DNA from: an uncultured SAR116 cluster alpha proteobacterium
Lineage (GTDB): Bacteria > Pseudomonadota > Alphaproteobacteria > Puniceispirillales > Puniceispirillaceae
Direction: 5' to 3'
Length of the DNA: 64,000 nucleotides
Assembly: GCA_902625725.1 (NCBI GenBank)
Contig: CACOCY010000003.1
Span: 146,905-210,904, forward strand
Shown here: positions 11,154-20,326 of the stretch, piece by piece
Numbering within the stretch: the stretch's first letter is position 1
Layout of the letters: every line of letters begins with the position of its first letter
Notes under the pieces: model-generated
Databases searched by the model: none
Seen by the model: only the letters and a program-made list of their open reading frames with translations
What the model was told of the DNA's origin: nothing
Program-made: the position numbers and the translations under genes

Positions 11154-14030
11154 TCAGTGCGCTTTCGCCCAGCTATCTGCTACACCACCATCGACAATAA
11201 TTGGAACATCAAGATATAAAATAGGTTTGTGCGCTGACTCCATCGTGGATTTAATGGCTTTGAAAGCAACTTCAACCTCATCCTCGGGTGTCTCAAATAT
11301 TAATTCATCATGCACTTGTAAAAGCATTTTTGACTTTAAATTTAATTTACTTATCGTTACAGGCATTTTTATCATAGCTCTTTTAATAATGTCGGCAGCA
11401 CTTCCTTGAATAGGGGCATTTATCGCTTGACGCTCTGCAAAACCTCGGACGGCAGCATTTGAAGACTTAATATTTGAAATGTAAATACGTCTTCCAAAAA
11501 GAGTCTCAACAAATCCCTTGTCTCGTGCAAATTGTTTCATTTGTTCCATGTAATCACTTATACCAGGAAATCTTGCAAAATAAGCTCTTATATAATCTCT
11601 AGCATCAGATTGTGATATCCCAAGTTGCCGAGCAAGGCCGAAGCCAGAAATCCCATATATTATTCCAAAATTTATCGCCTTTGCTCGCCGTCTAGTTTCA
11701 CTATCTAATTTATTAATTGGAACCTGAAAAACTTCTGCTGCAGTTTGAGCATGTATATCGATATTATTTCTGAACGCTTCAATCATACTCTCTTCTTTAG
11801 CAATATGTGCTACCAACCTTAATTCTATCTGCGAATAATCTGCGGAAATTATCTTTGAACCAGTCTCTGCAATAAAAGCTGTTCTAATTGATCTGCCTTC
11901 TTCTGTCCTTATAGGAATATTCTGCAAATTGGGATCAGAGGATGATAAGCGCCCTGTCAAAGCTCCGACCATTGAATAAGAGGTATGTACTCTGCCTGTG
12001 CGAGGATTTATACTTTCAAGTAAGGCGTCTGTGTAGGTTGATTTTAATTTTGCTAATTGTCTAAAATCTAAAACTTTTTGCGCGATATCAACCCCTTTCG
12101 AGGCCATCTCTTCCAAAATATCTGCACTTGTGGTCCACGCCCCCGTTTTAGACTTTTTACCGCCCTCAAGTTGGAGTTTTTCAAATAAGATTTCGCCTAA
12201 CTGCTTTGGGGATGCGATATTAAAATTCTGATTGGCAAGAATATATATTTCCTTCTCTAATTGGATAATTTTATTTGCAAACTCATTTGATAATCGTCTG
12301 AGAATATTAGCATCTACGACAATGCCGTATTCCTCCATTGCAGATAAAACTTGAATTAGTGGTCGTTCAAGCCGATTGTACACCACAGACATCTTCTCAT
12401 TTGCAAGTCTTGTTTTTAATATGATCCACAATCGTAGTGTAATGTCTGCATCTTCAGCTGCGTAATTACAAGCATTTAACGGAGAAATTTGTGCAAATGA
12501 AACTTTCTTGGTGCCCTTTCCGCATACGTCTTCATACTTAATAGTCTCGTGCGAAAGCCAATAATTAGCAAGATAATCTAATCCGTGACGCCCTACCCTT
12601 CCAGCATCCAATACATACGATAAACACATCGTATCATCCAAAGGAAAAATAGCTATTCCTCCATTTCTTTCCTGTCTCAAAACATGAGCATCGTATTTAA
12701 GATTATGCCCAACTTTTAAAACTGCAGGATCTTCAAAAGTCTTCTTTAATCGCTCGATTGCCCTAGCGAATGGGATTTGCTCGAATATTTCATCCTGATT
12801 TTCTAAAGTCTGAGTAAAATCAAGACCTACCTGCTTAGAACTCTGATTTAGTGGAGAATGTCGGAGTGGTATATAGCATGCTTGCCCAGGACCAATGGCT
12901 AAAGCAACTCCTACTAAATTAGCTGACGCGGCATTTATAGAGGTTGTCTCTGTATCAACTGCAACAGTGCCTTTGTTCTCTGCCATTTCACACCACAGGT
13001 CAAGCTCCTCAAAGTTTGTGATCAGCTGATATGACTCCCGATTAATTTTCAGCAGCTCAGGTTCAATTTGTACTGCTTTAGTATTTGACTTCTCTTCTTC
13101 TATATCTGATTTTCCGTTATCTTTTTTTGGTGCATTATTCGGATACTCATTTGAAGTTTTTTGTAATAAACCGAGTGACGTAGATAAACTCTTAAATTGT
13201 TGTTGCAAAAGAAAAAACTGTAATTTCTCAGGATCTAAATCAGTAAGAATGAGTTCATTTATTTCTATATTCACTGGAACATCACTGCGGAGTTGAACCA
13301 GCTGTCGAGAAATGCGAGCCTGTTCTGAGAATTGAATTAAATTATCCCGCCTTTTTGGCTGCTTAATAGTCTCAGCGTTAGACAAAAGTGTTTCAAGACT
13401 GCCAAATTGGTTAATTAATTCTGATGCAGTTTTCACTCCAATACCCGGGACACCGGGTACGTTATCAGAGCTATCGCCCGCCAGAGCTTGTACATCTACA
13501 ACCCTATCTGGAAGAACGCCAAATTTTTGTTTTACTTCCTCATCTCCAATGAAAGTGTTTTTGATCGGATCTAATATCTTGACAGATTGATTAACAAGTT
13601 GCATTAGATCCTTATCTGAGGAAACAATCAGACAATCCTGACCCTTCTTTGAAGCAAGCTCTGCGAATGTAGCTATGACATCATCTGCTTCATAACCGCT
13701 CATTTCAAATAGTGGTAAATTAAGCGCTTCAGTTGCCTCCCTTACTAAGGTAAATTGAGGAACTAATTCGTCTGGAGGCTCACTCCGATTTGCTTTGTAG
13801 TCAGGATATATCTCGTTTCTAAAAGTTTTCCTTCCAGCATCAAAAATCACCGCTATATATTCTGGTTTCAAATCAGCGACAAGCTTCAATAACATTTTTG
13901 TAAATCCGAATACAGCATTTACAGGTGTACCGTCATCACGATACATGGGAGGTAATGCGTGATATGCTCTGAAGATATAACCAGATCCATCAACTAAAAT
14001 GAGTCTATCAGATTTTTGTTCGTCTTCCAT
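11154..14030 (-). CDS. polA: DNA polymerase I
   Basis: 5'-3' exonuclease N-terminus (LILVDGSGYIFRAYHA), a 3'-5' exonuclease block, and polymerase motifs DYSQIELR, RRRAKAINFGIIYG and LLQVHDELIFE. Start set at MEDEQKS (14030). The track start at 14072 would overlap the upstream mini-gene by 37 nt. Confidence 0.95.
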   Translation of the reverse strand: MEDEQKSDRLILVDGSGYIFRAYHALPPMYRDDGTPVNAVFGFTKMLLKLVADLKPEYIAVIFDAGRKTFRNEIYPDYKANRSEPPDELVPQFTLVREATEALNLPLFEMSGYEADDVIATFAELASKKGQDCLIVSSDKDLMQLVNQSVKILDPIKNTFIGDEEVKQKFGVLPDRVVDVQALAGDSSDNVPGVPGIGVKTASELINQFGSLETLLSNAETIKQPKRRDNLIQFSEQARISRQLVQLRSDVPVNIEINELILTDLDPEKLQFFLLQQQFKSLSTSLGLLQKTSNEYPNNAPKKDNGKSDIEEEKSNTKAVQIEPELLKINRESYQLITNFEELDLWCEMAENKGTVAVDTETTSINAASANLVGVALAIGPGQACYIPLRHSPLNQSSKQVGLDFTQTLENQDEIFEQIPFARAIERLKKTFEDPAVLKVGHNLKYDAHVLRQERNGGIAIFPLDDTMCLSYVLDAGRVGRHGLDYLANYWLSHETIKYEDVCGKGTKKVSFAQISPLNACNYAAEDADITLRLWIILKTRLANEKMSVVYNRLERPLIQVLSAMEEYGIVVDANILRRLSNEFANKIIQLEKEIYILANQNFNIASPKQLGEILFEKLQLEGGKKSKTGAWTTSADILEEMASKGVDIAQKVLDFRQLAKLKSTYTDALLESINPRTGRVHTSYSMVGALTGRLSSSDPNLQNIPIRTEEGRSIRTAFIAETGSKIISADYSQIELRLVAHIAKEESMIEAFRNNIDIHAQTAAEVFQVPINKLDSETRRRAKAINFGIIYGISGFGLARQLGISQSDARDYIRAYFARFPGISDYMEQMKQFARDKGFVETLFGRRIYISNIKSSNAAVRGFAERQAINAPIQGSAADIIKRAMIKMPVTISKLNLKSKMLLQVHDELIFETPEDEVEVAFKAIKSTMESAHKPILYLDVPIIVDGGVADSWAKAH

Positions 14031-14035
14031 TCTTC

Positions 14036-14206
14036 TTATTGTGTTCCAAATTTTTTCGAGCAATAAGGACACACAACTGTGCCATCTTTTCCATACGTCA
14101 ACCAGATTTGGGGATGACCCAGAGCCCCACCACCCCCATTACAGGATACACGACTGGCTATTTTTTTTCGCCTTTGAAACCCGATTTTTTTTTCTGGTTT
14201 TAGCAT
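14036..14206 (-). CDS. Zinc-finger (zf-CHCC type) mini-protein, 56 aa
   Basis: Below the ORF-track length cut-off. Hand translation: MLKPEKKIGFQRRKKIASRVSCNGGGGALGHPQIWLTYGKDGTVVCPYCSKKFGTQ. The C-(D/N)GGGGALGHP...CPYC pattern is the conserved alphaproteobacterial/mitochondrial zf-CHCC signature. Confidence 0.75.
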   Translation of the reverse strand: MLKPEKKIGFQRRKKIASRVSCNGGGGALGHPQIWLTYGKDGTVVCPYCSKKFGTQ

Positions 14207-14455
14207 CAGTTCTTCCTACTTTTAAATTTAGCGATGATTTTTTTAAAAAACTGTAATTTTTTTATTCCATATTTTTTACAATATTATTTTTATAAAAAAC
14301 ATTAAAGAACCATTCGATTTTTCTATCGATTTTTCGAGTTTTCTATAAATGCCTACAATCAACAATGATAAAGAAAATGTATTTTCTCACTAAACTATTT
14401 TAACATAAATTAAAAAACTAGCCAACAAACCCTATTTCGTTATAATAAAATTTAA

Positions 14456-15421
14456 ATGACTCCTCACCAAAAAAAATTTTTTAATACGCCTGATGATAAT
14501 ATAGCAATTCGGCTCACTGGTTTATCGAAAACCTATAATGCACAAGGTGTATCTGATAAAAAAAATGCCCTAGAGAACATAAACCTTCAAATTCCTGCTG
14601 GGTGTATCTTTGGGCTATTGGGGCCTAACGGCGCCGGGAAGTCTACCTTAATAAATATTCTTGCTGGAACGGTTATAAAGTCCTCTGGAAGTGTCACAGT
14701 ATGGGGAGAAGATTTGGATAAAAATCCTCGTCAGTGTAAAGCTAACATTGGAATTGTGCCACAAGAGTTGAATATCGACGTGTTTCTTACACCTTATGAG
14801 TCACTCGAATTTACTGCTGGGATGTATAATATTCCCCGTCACGAGCGACAAACGAGAGCAATTCTTGAGATGGTCGGGCTAACAGAACAAAGCCATGCCT
14901 ATGCACGTACACTTTCGGGTGGAATGAGAAGGAGAATGCTTGTAGCCAAAGCGATGGTTCATTCTCCTCCTATATTAATATTAGATGAACCAACAGCCGG
15001 AGTCGATGTGGCTTTACGACAGAAACTTTGGGAGAATGTGCGTAATTTAAACGATGCAGGCGTAACAATTGTTCTCACAACTCACTACTTGGAAGAAGCG
15101 GAGGAGCTTTGCGACCATGTTGCCATTTTGAATTACGGTAAAGTTATGGTCAGTAAAACAAAATCGGACCTTCTTAAATCTGCTGGTCGCAAAGACTTGA
15201 ATGTAACAATTCCAGAAAACCAAAAAAAACAACCCTTGCCTGCTAACATAAAAGCTCTAAACCCCATCCTTACATCAAATGGTTTCATTATTAGGTTTAA
15301 TCCAGAAGAAACTAGTTCCGGAGCAATTTTGAAAAAAATAGGAGATGCAGGCTTTAAAATAGTAGATGTAAGTACCTACCAACCAGATCTGGAGGATATT
15401 TTTCTTGATCTCACTAGCTAA
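14456..15421 (+). CDS. ABC transporter ATP-binding protein (ABC-2 exporter type), no adjacent permease
   Basis: Walker A GPNGAGKST, signature LSGGMRRR, Walker [12 protein letters not shown]. Paralogous in layout to 45405-46325. Confidence 0.85.
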   Translation: MTPHQKKFFNTPDDNIAIRLTGLSKTYNAQGVSDKKNALENINLQIPAGCIFGLLGPNGAGKSTLINILAGTVIKSSGSVTVWGEDLDKNPRQCKANIGIVPQELNIDVFLTPYESLEFTAGMYNIPRHERQTRAILEMVGLTEQSHAYARTLSGGMRRRMLVAKAMVHSPPILILDEPTAGVDVALRQKLWENVRNLNDAGVTIVLTTHYLEEAEELCDHVAILNYGKVMVSKTKSDLLKSAGRKDLNVTIPENQKKQPLPANIKALNPILTSNGFIIRFNPEETSSGAILKKIGDAGFKIVDVSTYQPDLEDIFLDLTS

Positions 15422-15608
15422 TTAGCACGATAGTGTATTTTCATATGTTTAACACAATTTTTTCTACAATCATTAATAGGCTTAGCCATCTCAACAACAA
15501 ATAAAATGTTTAAACGATGGTCACAGTCATATTGCCAAACATGAAGAGATGGGACCACATTTGTTATATTTTTTAGTTTTAGGTTCAGTGGAATCCACTA
15601 TTTTACAA

Positions 15609-15685
<77 letters not shown>

Positions 15686-15867
15686 ACCGTTTCAATAAGT
15701 TAGCTGGTGATGTCTATTGTTATTTAAGCGCACTGCTACAAAGGTATAATCGTTGCTTCACAATGTAGTTACCATACAAACAGGATGTATAAATCAGTCT
15801 ATTTTTCTGTGATAGTAAAGTGCTCTCACACTAGGCGTTACCATGAAATTGTTATAACATTTATGCC

Positions 15868-16818
15868 ATGACCAACAAAAATGTAACAAACAAAGTTTTT
15901 TTATCCACTAATTATCGTGATGTTTTGCGAACACTATCAAGGGATGAAAAGCGCCACCTAATGAGGCTAACGAATTATCATGGACTCCTTTGGCTCCTTG
16001 CACATTTGGGGGTAATAGCAGGAATGGCATGGGCTAATTTTTTTTACACCGGCTTGCTTGGATGGTTGGCGATCGTGTGTCAAGGCATAGCATTATGTTT
16101 TCTTTTTTGTTCTATGCATGAGGCTGGGCATGGAACTGCCTTCAGATCAAAAATCCTAAATAAGCTAGTAACATCGTTTGTGGGATTGCTTTTATTCATA
16201 GGGCCCGTGTGGTTTCAGTCCTTTCATGCTGCCCATCATCGACATACAAACCATCCAGCGCTTGATCCAGAACTTGCTACTTCAAAACCTCAAACTTGGG
16301 CACAATATCTTTTTCACCTCACTGGTATCATGGTCTGGGTATCAAACCTTAGAACGTTGTTATTTAACGCGACAAGAACCCCGACAGATTCTTTTATTTC
16401 TTCATCATCCCGCTATCATATCAAAAAAGAAGCTAGGCTGATGCTCCTAACCTATACTTTTATTTTTACTGGTGGAATAATTTTGGCACCCCAATATATT
16501 TTTAAGTTTTGGCTTCTGCCACTGATGTTGGGGCAACCTTTTCTCAGGTTATTTTTACTAGCAGAACATGCTGGATGTCCCCATGATCAAGACATGCTAA
16601 AGAACAGCCGAACCACCTTCACCAACCCAGTTGTATTATTCCTGTCATGGAACATGCCTTATCACACCGCACATCACAGCTTTCCAGCTGTTCCATTTCA
16701 TCAACTACCAAGGTTTAATCAACGTATCGCTCAATACGCCGCTTTCAAAGCAAAGGGATATTCTACATTTCATCTATGGTATACGCAGCGTTTAATTAAT
16801 TCAAAACTTAAATCTTAA
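15868..16818 (+). CDS. Membrane fatty-acid desaturase/hydroxylase family protein
   Basis: Three histidine boxes (HEAGHG, HAAHHRH, HTAHHSF) with hydrophobic segments between them. Confidence 0.75.
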   Translation: MTNKNVTNKVFLSTNYRDVLRTLSRDEKRHLMRLTNYHGLLWLLAHLGVIAGMAWANFFYTGLLGWLAIVCQGIALCFLFCSMHEAGHGTAFRSKILNKLVTSFVGLLLFIGPVWFQSFHAAHHRHTNHPALDPELATSKPQTWAQYLFHLTGIMVWVSNLRTLLFNATRTPTDSFISSSSRYHIKKEARLMLLTYTFIFTGGIILAPQYIFKFWLLPLMLGQPFLRLFLLAEHAGCPHDQDMLKNSRTTFTNPVVLFLSWNMPYHTAHHSFPAVPFHQLPRFNQRIAQYAAFKAKGYSTFHLWYTQRLINSKLKS

Positions 16819-16916
16819 TAAGACGTTGCTAATTTATTACTACCATCAAACTATAAAACTCTAGAATATCAGCACCACTAATAATTATTCTATGTGTGTG
16901 TGCAGTAAAGTCTAAA

Positions 16917-16932
16917 CCAGTCAGCTGACTGG
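16917..16932. repeat. Perfect 16-bp palindrome CCAGTCAGCTGACTGG, with (TG)5 15 nt upstream
   Basis: Read directly from the sequence. Lies about 100 nt downstream of the desaturase stop in a 399-nt non-coding gap. (TG)5 is at 16893-16902. Confidence 0.6.
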
Positions 16933-17217
16933 TGCGCAGCTCCCTAAAGACAGAGTGAAAAGCTTTAGATTTTCTCGACTCTGCCCCTTTATTTCTACTG
17001 GGTTTACTTGGACAATAAACTATTTTGCCTAGCTACAAATCACAACAACTAATAGAAAAAAGGCATGCATTATTTTTTATGAATAATTTCAATGATTAAA
17101 AAGTTTATATATTTGCTTGCTTTTTAAGAGAAATAAAATTCGTTACATGTTTTATTTATTTCTTTGCAGTAACCGTTTAAGTGTTTTTTTATAAAAATAA
17201 AAAGGTAATTATTATAA

Positions 17218-17847
17218 TTGAAATGTCTAGTCTGTAATTCAAACGACACTAAAATATATACTATAATTGGTTCGAAAAAATATTGGGAATGTCTTTTCTG
17301 TTTTGCCGTATTTCTTGATAGTTCTCATTTCTTATCTAGAAGTGATGAATATGCCCATTATTGCACTCATCAAAATGAAATATATGATCCTGAGTACCGC
17401 AAATTTTTATCCAAACTCTCCATGCCACTTAAACGCAAGCTGACTTATCACAAAGTGGGCTTAGATTATGGCTGTGGACCTGGTCCTGCTCTTGCAGCAA
17501 TGCTAGAGGAAGACGGTTATCAAATGCAAAAATATGACCCCTTTTTTTTTCCTAATAAAAAAATATTTTCGAAGAAATTTGATTTTATTACTTGTAGTGA
17601 AACAGTCGAGCATTTTTATAATCCAAATTTTGAATTTATTATGTTTGATAGAATACTTAAACCAAAAGGAATCATTGCAATTATGACAAATTTTCTAAAT
17701 AAAGATCTAAGATTTGAAAATTGGTATTATCGTCAAGATCCTACCCACGTTGTGTTCTATTCAACAACCACCTTCAACATAATAGCAAGGCAAAGAGGAT
17801 GGGAAGTACAGTTCCCAGCGAGAAATGTTGTGCTCTTTAACAAATGA
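17218..17847 (+). CDS. Class I SAM-dependent methyltransferase with N-terminal zinc ribbon
   Basis: CLVC...CLFC at the N-terminus and SAM motif I LDYGCGPG. TTG start per the track. Confidence 0.7.
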   Translation: MKCLVCNSNDTKIYTIIGSKKYWECLFCFAVFLDSSHFLSRSDEYAHYCTHQNEIYDPEYRKFLSKLSMPLKRKLTYHKVGLDYGCGPGPALAAMLEEDGYQMQKYDPFFFPNKKIFSKKFDFITCSETVEHFYNPNFEFIMFDRILKPKGIIAIMTNFLNKDLRFENWYYRQDPTHVVFYSTTTFNIIARQRGWEVQFPARNVVLFNK

Positions 17848-18394
17848 GGGGCATGATTTGTACAAGTGAGAATCAGGTTAAAAAGTAACAAAAATGTTCT
17901 CATTATAAATTTTTCAAAATTGAAAATGGAAGTAAGAATGAGTGCAGTATTTGTCTTCTTTTCACCTGACGGAAATAATAAGCATTTATATAGAATCGAT
18001 TTGAATCTGAAAAAAAAACATGACTACTATATCTTTAGAGCTTGAATATTTTCAAGGTTGAGCTTTCTGGGGGAAAAGTAGGAAGGGGTGGTTTTCGGAC
18101 TGCCCTTTTTTGTGAAATAAATTTGCATCATTCATAGCAAAGCTTAGCAATATGGTTAATGTTTGATAATGGTGACCCAACCCATCGTGAGTTATGCCCC
18201 CAAGTGATGTACCAACACGTTAGATGATTACGGGGTGTCCACGACAATCACTCCCCTATATCTTAAAATTATCAATCGAAAGTTTTTTATTTTTTTTCTC
18301 ATGATTTAAATCAAACGCCATAATATTCTAATGAGAATTAATATTTTTTGGCCCTTAATACCAAATTATGAGTTTAAATTATTGGACATAAATG

Positions 18395-18598
18395 TCATTT
18401 ATCTATTCTTGAAGCGCAATTAGTGCATAGCAACTCACCTGTTTCTTTTATTTTCGTATAGAATGGCGGGTTATATTCAACCTCCAATTCATTATCACAA
18501 CCATCACATCCATACTCTTTATATTGATGGAATGTTCTACCTTCATATATGGCGGCAGTACCCAGTATAATTTGCATTTGCTTTGCCATTTTTCTCAA
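18395..18598 (-). CDS. Small cysteine-rich (CxxC...CxxC) hypothetical protein, 67 aa
   Basis: ORF with GCDGCD and CTNC pairs. Divergent from the purine ABC operon. No family recognised. Confidence 0.4.
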   Translation of the reverse strand: MRKMAKQMQIILGTAAIYEGRTFHQYKEYGCDGCDNELEVEYNPPFYTKIKETGELLCTNCASRIDK

Positions 18599-18787
18599 CG
18601 TTTTTCCAAAAAACCAAACAATCTAGAATAAATTAAGATAACTACGCACCAAACTAAAAGCTTGTCCCTAAATGTTGCTCCTAGTTTATGCCTATGCTGG
18701 CTTTAATCTTCTCATAGTACACTTGCAAAATGAATAAAAATAAAGTTTTATCCACTATACATATTGAATTAAAACGCTGTAATATCC

Positions 18788-20323
18788 ATGAAACGAAAAT
18801 CCTTGTTATTAGAAAGTCGTAACATAACCAAATCATTTGGCTCTTTCGTGGCTAATGATGACATAAACTTTAGTATCTTTAAAGGTGAAATTCATGGATT
18901 ACTGGGGGAAAATGGCGCCGGTAAATCTACTTTTGTTAAAATGGTGTATGGTCTTTTACAACCAAGTATGGGTGATTTCTACTGGAACGGAAAAAAAATA
19001 ACCATACAAGGACCTCAAGAAGCGAGAGACATCGGTATCGGAATGGTGTTTCAACATTTTACATTATTTCCAACCTTGACTGTAATTGAAAATATACAAC
19101 TGGCGTTAAACGAAAATTTTAACCTTCAGGAATTAAGAGAGACAATAATCAAAAAATCTGCTGAATTTGGGATAACAGTTGATCCCGATATATACATTCG
19201 CGACCTTTCTGTAGGAGAACAACAACGTGTAGAAATTTTACGGTGCCTTCTTCAGAACCCAAAATTATTGATTATGGATGAGCCAACTTCAGTTTTAACT
19301 CCTCAAGAGAGCGAACAACTATTTAGAGTGCTAAAGAAACTTTCTAAGGCTGGATGTTCAATTCTGTTCATATCTCATAAGTTAAAAGAGGTGAAAGAAT
19401 TAACACAACGCTCTACAATTATTCGCAGGGGTCGTGTTATAGATACTGTTGCCAGCTCTAGCGTCTCAACAGAGCAACTTGCCAAAATGATGGTTGGAAG
19501 TGAACCTCATAATGTAAAATCAAAAATTGTTGTGAATAGCGATGATTGTTTGGTTAGAATATCTGGATTGAATAGGTCTGTGGATAATCCGTTCGCAACA
19601 CCTCTTGAAGATATAAGTCTTGATGTTAAAGCTGGCCAAATCGTTGGTGTTGCAGGGATCGCCGGCAATGGCCAGAGCGAGCTGATGGAAGTGCTTACCG
19701 GTGAATGGCGTTCAACTGAAACTATTGATGCCTTTGAAGTTTTTGGAACTGATATTAGAAATTATAGCCCACATAAAAGACGTCAACTAGGAATTGGTTT
19801 TCTACCTGAAGAACGACATGGTCACTCCGCTGTAACAGACATGAAGCTTACTGAAAATACACTTTTGACACACCACAATAATCCAGCAATTCAAAAAAAT
19901 AGTATAGTCCAAAATGAAACCCTTGAAAAACTTACTGATGAAATTGTACACAAATATGATGTAAGAACTCCTTTTCATAACCCTTTAGCAAGCGCTCTAT
20001 CCGGAGGAAATTTGCAAAAATTTGTTATCGGAAGAGAAATTATCAAGAAACCTCGTGTTTTTTTTGTTGCTCAACCGACTTGGGGCGTTGACATTGGTGC
20101 AACAAAATTTATCCGAAATGCGCTTATTGAACTTGCTAATGATGGTTGTGGAATTATAGTCATTTCACAGGATTTAGAGGAGTTATTTGAACTTGCTGAT
20201 AATATCTGTGTGTTATTCAGAGGCAAGCTCACCGAGAGCAAACCGCTTGAAGAACTAAACGCGGAAAAAATTGGTATGATGATGGGTGGAGAAGATTTAC
20301 TTTCTAGGAGCCAAGGAGAATAA
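18788..20323 (+). CDS. ABC transporter ATP-binding protein, duplicated ATPase (nucleoside/purine BMP-type importer)
   Basis: 511 aa with two ABC cassettes (GENGAGKST ... LSVGEQQRVE ... LSGGNLQKF). First gene of a four-gene importer cluster. Confidence 0.85.
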   Translation: MKRKSLLLESRNITKSFGSFVANDDINFSIFKGEIHGLLGENGAGKSTFVKMVYGLLQPSMGDFYWNGKKITIQGPQEARDIGIGMVFQHFTLFPTLTVIENIQLALNENFNLQELRETIIKKSAEFGITVDPDIYIRDLSVGEQQRVEILRCLLQNPKLLIMDEPTSVLTPQESEQLFRVLKKLSKAGCSILFISHKLKEVKELTQRSTIIRRGRVIDTVASSSVSTEQLAKMMVGSEPHNVKSKIVVNSDDCLVRISGLNRSVDNPFATPLEDISLDVKAGQIVGVAGIAGNGQSELMEVLTGEWRSTETIDAFEVFGTDIRNYSPHKRRQLGIGFLPEERHGHSAVTDMKLTENTLLTHHNNPAIQKNSIVQNETLEKLTDEIVHKYDVRTPFHNPLASALSGGNLQKFVIGREIIKKPRVFFVAQPTWGVDIGATKFIRNALIELANDGCGIIVISQDLEELFELADNICVLFRGKLTESKPLEELNAEKIGMMMGGEDLLSRSQGE

Positions 20324-20326
20324 TTT

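Noticed and set aside
13999-14256. 85-aa + strand ORF upstream of polA.
   Set aside because: It lies antisense to the recognisable zf-CHCC mini-gene (14036-14206, minus strand) and to the polA start. It has no motifs and a Phe/Ser-rich composition.
15686-17000. Search for a direct repeat of the tRNA-Arg 3' end that would mark an integrated element.
   Set aside because: The best candidate, TTCTCGACTCTGCCCC at ~16973-16988, matches only about 10 of 16 positions. That is not convincing.
18599-18787. Looked for a purine (guanine/adenine) riboswitch upstream of the purine importer. I also checked 22323-22455 and 29741-29930.
   Set aside because: None of the conserved three-way-junction core strings (for example TTTCTACC or CCGTAAA) are present.
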